Assembly (NCBI GenBank): GCA_030167865.1
Contig: JALAGF010005680.1
Span: forward strand, 1-64,000
Direction of reading: 5' to 3'
DNA length: 64,000 nt
Source: Craspedostauros australis
Taxonomy: Eukaryota
Below are positions 21,970-33,599 of this stretch, piece by piece; positions within the stretch are counted from its first letter, which is position 1, and each line of letters starts with the position of its first letter. The notes under the pieces are model-generated. The model was not told the origin of the DNA. It made no database searches and was given only the letters and a program-made list of their open reading frames with translations. The position numbers were made by a program, and so were the translations under genes.

Positions 21970-24101
21970 TCATCTCTTGCGACGGAAGCAGACCGTGCGA
22001 CCGTCCTTCGATGCCACCGTGTCGAACCTTGAAAATTGGTGCTTCGTCAATACATCCATGTCATAGCGCTTGTATCCATCTTCTTCGTACGGACGGGGCG
22101 GCAGCTGCGATTCTTCGCCCATTGATTGAGGTGTCTCGTCGTTGCCTTCATGCTCATGCAGCTGTGGGCAGAAATCGTAGTTGCCCCACGTCCTCCAGTT
22201 GTCGCCGCAACCTCCGTTGTCGGCTTCTCCGATCAAAATGTACTCATCAACAGCGTGGTCGCGGAATGTCTGTGACCAATCCTCACCCATTGGCATCCAC
22301 GAGCACAGGACGATGACTTGTTTGGATTCTGCTTCACCATTCTTTCTCGTCGCCGTCGGTGCATCGGATGTCAAATTGTCGGACCTCGACGCGTACTTCT
22401 CCATGGCTGCATTGGCGTCAATTTTCTCCACGTCAGCCTTCGGGAAGATGCCCCAACTCCCATCATCGGATGCATGCAGCGTCGGTTGCTTGATGGATTT
22501 GCGAGAGCGAGCCGGCGATTTGCCTGCCTTCATTTCAAAATACTCCTTGACGTAGCGCATCAACAATCCATCACCTGCACCAATGTCCAAAACCACCGTC
22601 TCGCCATCGAATGAGCGCGTTCGCTCCAAGAGGTAGTCGCCGAGAATGGACACGTACTCCTTCGTCCACATTTGGTAGATGTTGGCCTCTTCGCACAGCA
22701 CGTTGAACGCCCTGCATTTGAGGACGTTGCCACCAGCCAATTCCAGAATTTCTCCCATCGACAAATCGGAAAGATCTGCATCCGTTGGCGCGTCGGCGTA
22801 GTTCGTCAATCGGCCATCAACGCGAACAACTTCTCCTCCAATCTTCTCCGCGATGGGGATCATGTGCTGACGTGCGCTGTGGTACGAGTTGTATGATGTA
22901 GTCGCCGGAGTGTGTTGGAAGTGTGGATGGATATATAATACGCATGAAACGATTGAAACGCAGGCCAGCGAGTTGATAAGTACGCGCTGCGTTGTGGCGT
23001 TTAAAAGGAGTCGGTAAACAGGCATGGGCAAACACGTACAACAACATTCCACACAGGGATTGGAATGCATCCAGCCACTCACTTTTGCGTATCTTTCTCC
23101 TTGTTCCATGATTCCATTTGGAATGCGCTCTTCAATGTCCTGGAGGATGGCAGCGTGATGAATGGCTGCTCCTTCGTGTGGAAGCTGATCTCGTGCCCCC
23201 GCACCAAGTTGAGCATCGTCTTTTTCATGCCACCACGCGAGATCTGCGGCGACGACCGGATTTCTGGATACGCATCGAGTGCTTCCTGTGTATTGTTTTT
23301 GCCATTTTCGTCGTCATCGTCGTCGTTGTTATCGCCGTCGTTGCATGTCATCATACCCAATGGAAAAGCAAAAATGATACTGTGAGGCACCGACGTATCT
23401 TGGGGAAACACAACGGCGATGGGCAGGCAAGCTTCGGGTTGTTGCAGAATCCAAAGACAGCTGATCCTTCGGCTCCTCGTCTGACAATTCAGCACCATCA
23501 GAACGAGATGGCATGCCCATGACGTGCTCGTCATGAAACCTCAATGAATGCATTCCATGATTTGCAGCTTTTCTCCAGTGGAACAGGACGTATGGAAGTA
23601 TGTAAGTCCGTACTGGTTCGCACACTCGACACGCACCTTGAGATCCGGACCGTACTTGGCAATGAGGTACTCCGACCGCGCCCACTTGACGAGGCGGAAA
23701 TTGAACCGCCATTTGAGCACATCCTCCCACCGTTCGTCGAACACCAGCGCGGGTCGCAACGTATCCTCCATCGCCTCGATGCGGATCTCGGACACGGAGG
23801 CCTGCTTCAGCCGTTCCTCATCGGCATTCTTGCCGAACATGCCGTCGAAGGTCTGATCGACCCACACATCGAGCTTGCTCTGGTCCTTGAACTTGCTGAC
23901 CATGCGCGCGGATTCGTCGTGGATCTCCAGAGAGATGATCTTCTCTGCATACCGAATCAGCAAGGCGACGTCGAGGTACGGCGTGTCGATCGGGCTGTGC
24001 TGCTGACCGCGCAGTACGGCTCGTCGCATCTTCAATCCATTGCGCAGCAGGAATGGTCCGACCAGCCCGTTCACCTTGTTGCTCAGCGTCAACAGCACCA
24101 T
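21970..24101 (-). CDS. Uncharacterised class I SAM-dependent methyltransferase-fold protein (3 exons)
   Basis: Exons 24101-23637, 23285-23083, 22876-21970 (GTGCGT/GTGAGT donors, CAG acceptors, frame-consistent). VVLDIGAGDGLL, LCSWMP and YILIGE motifs. The 5' start is uncertain. Confidence 0.7.
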
Positions 24102-24748
24102 GGCTCCTTTTGCTTCGACGGTGCGAGTGGAAGCAACACCAAGATCTTCCTCCTCTCACAATTGTGATGGTTGGATGTCTGCAACAACATCAAGCAGAGA
24201 ATGTGATGAGGAGGTGCCGTCCCTTCCCTTGGGTTGGATCCGAAGACGAAAAGACGTGACGAGCGAAACATCATTTCCACTTCACATTTTGGTTGTTGAT
24301 CCAATGAGTCACGACAGCGAAACAACCAATAATCGACCCTGTCGACTAAAGGCTCAGCCCAACGGTCAAATTTGTCGGGTGAGTTCGCGTGCGAAGCAAT
24401 TAGCCGACCGTGCTCGCCGAGGCAGAGGATGCCGTTCTCTGTCATGACTTGTTGGTTGTGTCGTAATTTCGCGGTTTTGCGTGTTGGCAATGATGCAAAT
24501 CTGCCGCTCCTTTTTGTGAACATGGTCGGCCGTCTCATCGTCCTGTTCGATTCTTCATCAACAACAGCGAAGCCATCGCTACCATCACCGTCGCTATCAC
24601 CATCGTCGCCATTGTCGAGATAGAGTCAAGCTGATACAGTCTTGCCTTTTGCGTTGATACCGAGCCGTCTCAATCAAGTCATTGCATACAGCAGCCGCCG
24701 CCGTCGTCGTCGTCGTAGCAGTATCAGAAGAAGAAGAAGCGAGCAACC

Positions 24749-26057
24749 ATGTCCGAAGTTCCACCAACCCGAATGAACCAGCAGATCTTCAAGCTCAAGC
24801 TGAAGGCTGCGCAAGGAGGTCACAAGCTTCTCAAGAAGAAGGCTGATGCGCTCAAGGTACGGTGGAGACAGGGTCAGGCATGAGATGAGCGGAGTGATGA
24901 ATGGATTTGGAACGGCGTTAACGCCCAGAAACACGAGATACGGAAAACAGAGTGCTCGGAATTTTGGCCGCTGTTGTCCAGCAATGCGATTCTCATGGAG
25001 GCTGGAACGATGGTGTCATTTTCTCAGAGTTGCTGTTCTTCAAGTAGCTCTGGAGAAGTGCGCATGATGTACAGGCAGAGCAAACCCAATGGGAGAGAGA
25101 GAGACGATCATGAAACACTTCTGATTGCTTCATCTGTCTGCAGCATTGGTTGTGAACATGGAGTCTCTCATCTGTTGCAGCAAGGTTCGCCATGTTTTCT
25201 GCACACGGGCATTCACGCAGTGGAGCGGAGTGAATCTCAAAGTGGAGAAGCCTGGAATGTGCGGCAGTTGGATCATGCTTACGATGAGCCTGTGGAATCA
25301 AACCAATGCCGAGGTCACCCTTTCCTTGTGAAGCAATTCATTTCTTCCCGTCACAATCAAAACACGCACAATCAAACCACTCACTCGATCTCTTTCTTCT
25401 TCTTCTTTTCCCGTCTCACTCTTTCAGGTCAAATTCCGTGATTATGCCAAGAGCATTGCGGAGACCAAGTCGTCCATGGCCACAGATGCCGCCAGCGCCT
25501 ACTTCTCCTTGACTCAGGCAGAATACGCCGCAGGTAACTTCAAGCAAAAGGTCGCCGAGGGCAGCATGACAGCACGCGTGCGCGTTGGTGCCGGTGTCGA
25601 TAACGTTGCCGGTGTCAAACTCCCTGTCTTCACAAAGTACGAGACTGGTGCCGTCGCCGACAACCAGAGTCTGGGTCTCGTCGGTGGAGGAAAGAAGATC
25701 GTCGCCGTGCGAGAAAAGTTCACCCATCTGCTGGACCAGCTCATCAAGCTCGCCTCGCTGCAGACCAGTTTCGTCACGCTCGATGAGGCGCAGAAGGTCA
25801 CGAACCGTCGCGTCAACGCGCTGGAGAACGTCACAATCCCAAAGATCGATGGAGTGCTCAAGTACATTGGACGTGAACTGGATGAATTGGAGCGTGAGGA
25901 TTTCACGCGTCTCAAGCTCGTGCAAGGAAAGAAGGAGGCCGACTTGGAGGCAGCCAACAAGAAGAAGGCCGCGGAGAAGGTGGCACGCGGCAAGGAGAAT
26001 GACGCAGATATCACGGCCGCATTCGATGCCAATGACGATGCTGAGGTTGTCTTCTAA
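24749..26057 (+). CDS. ATP6V1D: V-type proton ATPase subunit D (2 exons)
   Basis: Exon 1 24749-24856 (MSEVPPTRMNQQIFKLKLKAAQGGHKLLKKKADALK), a 571-bp intron, and exon 2 25428-26057 with NVAGVKLP, LASLQTSF, KVTNRRVNALE and ELDELEREDFTRLK. Confidence 0.96.
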
Positions 26058-26379
26058 TGTATGTCAGCAGCAGCTCAACTCATGGAAAAAGTAATGCAAC
26101 CGAGATGAACCAAAATGAATCTGTCGATTCCGTACAGAATGACAATAACACGAAAGCCCCTATCAGAACACAATGGAAAAGACATTATGATTCAAATCAG
26201 TTCAATCCAGCAATCGGGTTGTACATTATCAATATTGATGACACCGGTGGAGTTCTGCAGCTTGTTGTCTCCCTACTCGCACATCTGTGTTGAATTGTGC
26301 CAACGGTGCATGTACGGAGCTGAGCCCTCGTAGTCTATGCATGGTCCAAGTGCTTGATCACCATCAGTGTACATACCGC

Positions 26380-27761
26380 TCATCGTTTTCTACCCGAATC
26401 TGACCGACGCGCACGTTTGCGCCTCGTCGACAGTGCCTTCTCCACATCGACGTTGTCCTTCACAGTCCCGTCCGCATTCAACAGGCCTTTCAATTTCAAC
26501 CGGCGTCTGGTAATGCTCGCTTTGGCGCGCGCCTCGTACTCTTTATCCAGCTGCGGCGGTCGCTTGGGGAATGCGTACGTCTCATATCTCTCGATCTCAC
26601 GTTCTAGTCCATTCTTGGCGGCGACGTTGATCTTGACCCAGGCGTTCGTGCCGGGCAATCGACGGAATTGTTCACTGGGCTTGTACGATCCCGTGGCGCG
26701 GAATTCGATGTTGTGCACGGCGTACTCTCGCTTGAGATTATCCGAGAATTCGTTGTAATAAGCGCGGTCCGTGTCGTCCATTCCCAATCGCCACATCTTG
26801 CTGATCTCCATCATGACCTTGGATTGGTCGTGATGCTCGTTGGGTCGATCGTGGCGCATTTTCAGCGTCATTTGACTGACGAAGAGGATGTAGCTAATGT
26901 GAGGAATGGTGGCGTGATGGTTTGTATGTTCGTTCGTTTGTGCGTGAGGTCGCCGTAAAGACGCACGTGATTGGTACACGAAGAGGAAGAGCAAGGATGG
27001 TGAGAGTGATGGGATGAGGTTGTGATGCCCATTTCAAGTTCCACCAAAGTATTATGCCACGCAGAAACAAGCACGCCCAAGCCTCATTCTTTCGCTTACC
27101 CTGACATTGGCGGTTCGGGCGGAGCTTCCGGCGAGTCCTTCTCCCGCACGATGCGTCGGCGTCGTTCTCCCACAACCCTTGGCTTGTCCCATTTATCATC
27201 GCCCTTGCTTTCGGGTTGCATGTTACGATGTCGTCGCAGAAGGTTGCGCTTCAATTCCGCGATGCGATCGGTGCGCTTGTCACCCGTCAAGACGACGATA
27301 TGATCTGTGTTGCAATGCCCACCCGTCGTGGGCGCAACGGGCGCAGCCTGTGTCGATTCTGCAAGGTCAGCCTTCGATGTGGATGCTGCTGCTGTTGCTG
27401 CACCCACGGTTGGCGGTTCTGCGGCTGTGGCGATGATGCAGGAATCGACGCTCATTCCTGCTCGTGCCACCAGCGACCGCGCCTTGTCCAAGTCCAGCAA
27501 CGCATTGCGAATGACCTCCCCGGAATCGATGAGTATATCCTGACATTGCTTCCTTGTCAACAATGTGCGTTCTTGTTTGTCATCGCCATACGGCGCACTC
27601 GCACTTGCATCATCGGCGTCCCCATCATGCGGGCCGCCTGCAGCCTTCAACCTCGCCTTGGCCTTCCTCGTCCTGTCCTGCTTGCCGCTTCTCCGCTTGC
27701 CAGCAGCTCCTTCCTTGGTTGGTTCCACCGGAATCACCGCCGTGTGCTTCTTTTTTGCCAT
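26380..27761 (-). CDS. HMG-box protein (2 exons)
   Basis: Exons 27761-27100 and 26893-26380. The junction rebuilds the HMG box PEAPPEPPMSGYILFV...KVMMEISKMWR...RAYYNEFSDNLKREY. Confidence 0.85.
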
Positions 27762-28298
27762 CGTCGATACTGATAGAGCATATATGTGCGTGCAGTCAGT
27801 TTTCTGCTGGTATCGTGAAGCGTCTACAGGCGAGTGCTAAGGATCGATGCCTCTCGATGTAACATGGCACGCCATGAAGAAGTTGCGGAGGTGGATTTTG
27901 TGTGTGTTTCGTGGACGTTTGCGTCTGTTTGTGTTCCTTTGGCGCCAAAATCAACAATCGACGAAGGAAATTGATGTCGTTTGATCCATTCGACTCTAAC
28001 ATCAACAAAACAACAGCGCGACAACGGTAACAACAAGGACGAACGCAGACAAAGGCAGAGGATCGATCTTCATCAACCACCACCGTTCTGTGGCATCTCC
28101 TTGTTGTGTTTGTTGTTGTCGGCACCACATCACATCACATCACATCACATCACGTCACTGTCACACCATCGTCACGTAACTGTCACGCTGTAGCCGAAGC
28201 AGCACAAGGAAGCACGGGACTCCTTGTCACACACCAATTCAAGTGAAGTCAAGTCAAGTCAGTTTACTAAACTCCAACCAACACACCAAGCAAGCAAA

Positions 28299-28547
28299 AT
28301 GGGTGGACACGCACGCAATCCAGAGGCGGAACCTCGCAAGGATCAGGACCTGGCCGCCATGAAGGCAGCCAAGCTGCCGCTGGCATTCCGCGATACCTGC
28401 GGTCACCTGCTCATCGATCTCAACAAGTGCCGCCGGGCCAACTACTTCAATCCCAACCAATGCGGCCACGAGCGCCATACCTACGAGGAGTGCGAGTACT
28501 ACGCCTGGATGGAGCGCGTGGAGACGCGCAAGGCGGCTGGGAAATAG
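28299..28547 (+). CDS. NDUFB7: NADH:ubiquinone oxidoreductase subunit B18
   Basis: MG start, MKAAKLPLAFRDTCGHLLIDLNKCRR...CGHERHTYEECEY twin CX9C pattern. Confidence 0.93.
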   Translation: MGGHARNPEAEPRKDQDLAAMKAAKLPLAFRDTCGHLLIDLNKCRRANYFNPNQCGHERHTYEECEYYAWMERVETRKAAGK

Positions 28548-28970
28548 GCGGCAGCTGTGCGTTGCTGGCAAGCCCACAACGAAGATGGCAGAGAGGATGC
28601 TGTCGGATCATGGAAAGAAAAGAGCGATGAACGCAGGAAGGAACAGTTGGCCGCAAGCACAAACAACCTTTGGAGGTGAATGAATTGGTGCGATGCACTA
28701 CGACCGCATGATGCTCATCATTCTCAATGCACCGTCGGACTCAAGCCCACTTTTCATTGCGACGTATCATGCATCAGGTTTCGCGCTACTTATACGATCA
28801 CACCATCGTCTTGCATTCTCAGTGTTCGCACAAGTACAAACATTCTAACTGGACTGTAAATCATTCCGCAAAAGAATCATCAACGAATCCTCAGTACTTT
28901 ACGAGTATTCTGTCGTCCCTCTCTCTCTCCACAGAGAGAAAGAAATCTATTGATGTTCACCTGTTCAAAT

Positions 28971-30215
28971 TCAAGCGCCACGCAGCAACTTCCGCCGCCG
29001 CCGCTTCTTCCATGACACCAGTCCTGCGAAGAGGAACGACGCAATCAACGATCGGATCCATTGGGATTCGCGGACAGTGCGCATTACGTCGTTGGGTTGA
29101 AATCGCTTCGCGACATAGGTCATGAGTTTGGAGACCGCCGTTGGTGGCGCTGGTTGCTTCTCAACGACTGCTTGCCGTTGCTGTTCCATGGATGCTTCCC
29201 TCTCTTTTCGCGAAGGCGCCATGAGTTGGTTCAGACGATGCAACAGAAACGAAACGGAGTCGTACTGAATGCTACTCAGGAAATCAAGGAGCGGCGTGCT
29301 CCAAGGACTATCCTCGTTGCCGCCGCACGCCAGCGATTCCATGATGGCGCGGACGGTGTCATTGCAATTCGCTCGTTGGTCGCTGCTTTCGCTCTTCCTC
29401 CCAATCTTCAGCTGAGACGTGATGGATGCGATTTGCTCGTCTGTCTCGCTCCCATCATTGCCTGTGAGCATTTCGATGACTCGCGATGAACTCTTCGACT
29501 CCAAACTGGGGAGCAAAACGCAAATGAGGTTGAAGACAACCTCATCGCATGCTTCCTTGACGAGCGGGTCATGGTTTGGCTGATGCTGTTGCTGCCGTTG
29601 TTGCTGCTCTGAAAGTTCCAACAAAGTTCGCACGCAGAGACGGATCGCGACCTTCGTATGATTCTGATGATGGCAGAAGAGAACAAAGACATTGAACAGA
29701 TCCAACGCCATTGGTGCATCGGATGACGCGTACCTCTCGAAGAATGGCTGCAAATGAACGTAGCCATCTTGAATGCGCTTGGCCTGCTTGGATATCTCAT
29801 GCCAACTTTGCAGCGCAATCGCAGCGGCATGATCTTGGAGTGTGTCGGCGAGTCCGAAGAATACGCAGATCTGTCTCCTCTGTTCGGCAAAATCGAAATC
29901 GAATCGCAATGAACGGGAGACCGCGGAACAAACGGGTTCATCGTCACGCTTCGCCGTTGATGCGGATTTCGATGCCAATGGCGCAGTTCTTAGGCTTTGC
30001 TTGTGCGTCCCCGCCACGTCGTCCACCGCACTCTCGCCGACATCGGAAAGGACTTGATTTGCCAGAGTCAGCGACTTGTTGTAGTGTTCTCGGATGAACG
30101 CGCGTTCGCAGTCCTCGAACATCTCATGGATCGGCCCGCGGCTGCCTTGCGCGCTGGAAGCCACGCGGCTTGATTCATCGCTGCCTCCCAATGAATCAAC
30201 TACGGCTGCTGTCAT
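28971..30215 (-). CDS. Tail-anchored helical protein, candidate PEX26/APEM9-like peroxin
   Basis: 414-aa ORF with a single C-terminal TM (SLIASFLFAGLVSW) followed by KKRRRRK. The gene itself is well supported, but the peroxin assignment is inference. Confidence 0.55.
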   Translation of the reverse strand: MTAAVVDSLGGSDESSRVASSAQGSRGPIHEMFEDCERAFIREHYNKSLTLANQVLSDVGESAVDDVAGTHKQSLRTAPLASKSASTAKRDDEPVCSAVSRSLRFDFDFAEQRRQICVFFGLADTLQDHAAAIALQSWHEISKQAKRIQDGYVHLQPFFERYASSDAPMALDLFNVFVLFCHHQNHTKVAIRLCVRTLLELSEQQQRQQQHQPNHDPLVKEACDEVVFNLICVLLPSLESKSSSRVIEMLTGNDGSETDEQIASITSQLKIGRKSESSDQRANCNDTVRAIMESLACGGNEDSPWSTPLLDFLSSIQYDSVSFLLHRLNQLMAPSRKEREASMEQQRQAVVEKQPAPPTAVSKLMTYVAKRFQPNDVMRTVRESQWIRSLIASFLFAGLVSWKKRRRRKLLRGA

Positions 30216-30739
30216 GGCTTCACTGTCCTCTCCAAGCGCGCTTCGCTGAAGTGTCGGAAGGTTGTGAATGAACAGGGATGAGACCAGTGGGTGAAGGAGT
30301 TATTTTCGAAGCACTTCCACACCTGCGATGTTCAACACAATTCCATGCGATCCACTTCCGCCCAAAAGCACAAACTCAATTTGCCACCGACAACGTCTGT
30401 CCGTCGACAGGCCATCATGGAATTGTTGTTGGTTTTGGCATTTTGTGGTGGCGAGAAATGCAGTCAGCCATCAAAACGCAAAAGCCACATCAACACGAAC
30501 ACAACACATCCATCACCACAACTCTTGCGTCGACGCCATACCAGACGATAATCGGAAGGTGTTGTTGATCCGCGAACAACGTCAGCTTCTCCCTGCCAGC
30601 ATCCATCGTTTGCATCGACCAATCCAACTTGGACGTCGGTAGCTGCAATCATTGGATCTGAATCAAGCCGCAGCGTGCTTCGCTGAGTGAGACAAGCCAG
30701 AGCCAATCTAACAGCCCGCACGCCAAAGATCCAATCATC

Positions 30740-32105
30740 ATGTGGCCGTCTGCGACTGTTGCCACCAAAGCGACGCGGGCCGCCTCACGGCTCGCCAGAT
30801 CATCTGCCAACCACGGCCACCTGCGGAACTGCTCTGCCACAAGGCACTTCGCCGCCAACGCCACCGATTCCTACTTCGACCGCAAGGCCCAACGCAAGCA
30901 GCAGCGCATGCAGGAGTACAACGACAAGCAGGCACGCAAGGAGCAGCGCAAGCACCGCCGCGATGGCAAGCCCCTCAACGTCAAGAAGAACAAATTCCTG
31001 GAATGGTGGCTCAAGCGGGTCGGATTCGAAGAAAAGATGGATCGCATGGCGCGCCGTGCCAAGCTGGATTGGAAGATCCAGGTCAGCGTCGTGCTGGAGC
31101 GCACGCCCCTCATCCTGCCCGATAAGGAAAAGTGGGAGCAGGATCTTCAAGATCTCGAGCTCCATCTGATGCAGTACGGCAAGCAGTATCCGCCGGAGTT
31201 ATTTGGTGATTCGACGTCCATGCTCGATGAAGACGACAGCGACAACAAGCTGTACACGGACGAAGAGCTGCTGTGTAAGTTGTTCTGATCGTGGGGAGCA
31301 TGTGTCGTCGGAACTGTGATTAGACTTCAAGTTGGCAATGTTGGCTGCAAATGCATGTCTACTGACCTGGCTATTTGCATGCGAACGAGTGATCGGTCCG
31401 CCCCAATCCACGAAAGTCAATGGCAGTTGGCATGATGCGGCAGAAGATACGGGACCACGCAACCAAGCATCATGCTTCCGTTTCATTCGCGTCGCTACTT
31501 TATGTTGTCTATTACCACCACGTGCCATAGTACTACCGTCACGCCACGCACTCATCCCATCAATATCTCCTTCTTTCGCACCTGCGCGCCTGCGCAATCC
31601 CTTGCAACCGTACACCACTGCGCCTGCAGCGATGCTTCCGGAAGGATTGGTGCCCGCACCACGCGTCACCGAGGCGGACAAATCCGGAGACGTCAAGACA
31701 CTGGATAGGAAGCTGCAGGACTTCGTTTTTCTGACGGTGCAAGAAGATAAGGAGGCAGATTGGACGTTCCCAACCGCAGAGCTGAACGAAGGCGAGAACT
31801 TCTACGAAGCATCCAAACGCATCATGGAGAGCACCGTTGGAACCGACATGGACATCTACTACGTTTCCAATGCGCCGCTGGCTGTGGAGGTGTCTCCATA
31901 TCCCGAGGAAGATCGCGAGAAGGAAGGATACTTTGGCGTCAAAACATTCTTCATGAAGGTGCAGCACGATGAAGGCGCTGTCGGTGATGATGTCATGCCG
32001 CAGCATGATTTTGCATGGCTTAACAGAGAGGAATACGTGGAGCGGATCGACCTATCCGCCAAGGGTGGTGACAACAGGAAGAACTTCTTCCATTACATGC
32101 TGTAA
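30740..32105 (+). CDS. MRPL46: Mitochondrial ribosomal protein mL46 (2 exons)
   Basis: Exons 30740-31274 and 31630-32105. Arg/Ala-rich mitochondrial presequence, VVLERTP, PRVTEADKSGDVKTLDRKL, WTFP, NAP, KTFFMK and DFAWLNREE. Confidence 0.88.
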
Positions 32106-32454
32106 ATCAACCACTCTATCCATTTCAATTGTTGCTGTCTTCGTTTGTGCCATATTTTGTTGGTACGGGTACTGGCGAAAGTTCTCGCAGCGTATCATCT
32201 ACTGGAGAAGTGACGACGGCTCCACATTCCATCAGGCAACCTGACAAAACGGAGCCGTGCTGCGTGCTGAACTCCCGATGATGCTGCCTTCTCGACAGGA
32301 AGTTCAACGCTCAACCAGCGAAGTGATTGCGTTTGCGATTGCGCGGCAACGCTGGTGCCGATCCGAATAGTATTCGTGCATCTGCAACCCCGTGGTCCTG
32401 AACGGTGCCGCGCCACCTCAGTTGCAACGCTTGGTGGCCTGGATGATTCCATTC

Positions 32455-33057
32455 TTATTGATTTGCGTCCGCTATTGATGTCGCGACTGCCGCCTCTGTT
32501 GCACCGGTCCCCCCAAACTCATAGTAAAACAGCGGCCATGCTGCACCCGTTTGGTGCATCACGCCAATTTTCTCATGCCGTATCGCAACCTCATCCGGCA
32601 TCGGCGACATGTACGTCGCGCATCGTATCGATTTCTGGTGTGACGCCTCTCCCAGCGCTTTGAAAATCATCGGCTTGATGATCTTCAACCCTCTCGGGAT
32701 GAGATACAGGAAGAACACCGTCCCGCGCGACACTATGTCCTGCGATTCCAACGCGTTCATGGCATGGAACTCAAGCTGGGCGATGGTGGGATCAAGTTCG
32801 TTGGATTTGATCGCCAACCGACACGCTTCCTTCGCAACATGGATTCTATCATCATCAATGTCGATTCCGACGAAGGTGATAGGCGTTTGCGGCGTTCTTG
32901 CTTGCTGACACAGATGCTTGGCCCAACGCAGAATGCAGCGGCCATCACCACAGCCGATGTCCACCACGCAATCGGTGTCTCGCAGCGGCATCCACTCGAT
33001 CACCGCGTCGATCACAGCATCCGGCGTGCTCCACAGCTTCTTGCGCGGTGCGATCAT
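32455..33057 (-). CDS. Small SAM-dependent methyltransferase (FAM173/ATPSCKMT-like)
   Basis: LWSTPDAVID, VVDIGCGDGR, GIDID and VFFLYL motifs in a 200-aa ORF. Confidence 0.8.
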   Translation of the reverse strand: MIAPRKKLWSTPDAVIDAVIEWMPLRDTDCVVDIGCGDGRCILRWAKHLCQQARTPQTPITFVGIDIDDDRIHVAKEACRLAIKSNELDPTIAQLEFHAMNALESQDIVSRGTVFFLYLIPRGLKIIKPMIFKALGEASHQKSIRCATYMSPMPDEVAIRHEKIGVMHQTGAAWPLFYYEFGGTGATEAAVATSIADANQ

Positions 33058-33599
33058 GCTCGGTCTTCGAAGTGAAGCTGTGGTTCGGCAGAGTGTGGAT
33101 GTGTGCGCATGTGGCTCCGCCCACGGTTGTAGAGAGAGAGAGAGAGAGAGAAAATGGAGAATGATCTCTTGCGTTTGCTTCTCTTTTGATTAGATTGTGT
33201 TGTCGAGGCGATCGGATGAGGCATTGTTGTGTTTGGTATCTTGGTGACAGAACAATGGCGAAGGTTTCCACCAACAACAGTCTAACACCATGTAGTATAG
33301 ATCGTATCGATACGCGATGCAGAGCTCGCCGTTCAAGCACTCATTTCTCTGCATCATCAAAAGCGTGCAGCAGTAGCACTCCAAGATACTTCATTTTGGA
33401 TTCAATTCCAATCACAGCAAGATGTATATGCAGACCATTCCAAACCGTGGAAATGAAATCTATGGTGGCAGAGGATTGGATCAAGATCACCAATGATTGA
33501 AGCCTTCGGCATTACGACTTCCATCAGAAGTACGCCCGCAAGTGGTTTACCATCAGTCTCCAAGGTATAGGATGGTATGGTATGGCATGGTATGACACT

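Noticed and set aside
33131..33150. (GA)n microsatellite, plus similar (CT)n, (CAA)n and (CACAT)n runs near gene starts
   Set aside because: Ordinary simple repeats that are common throughout this window.
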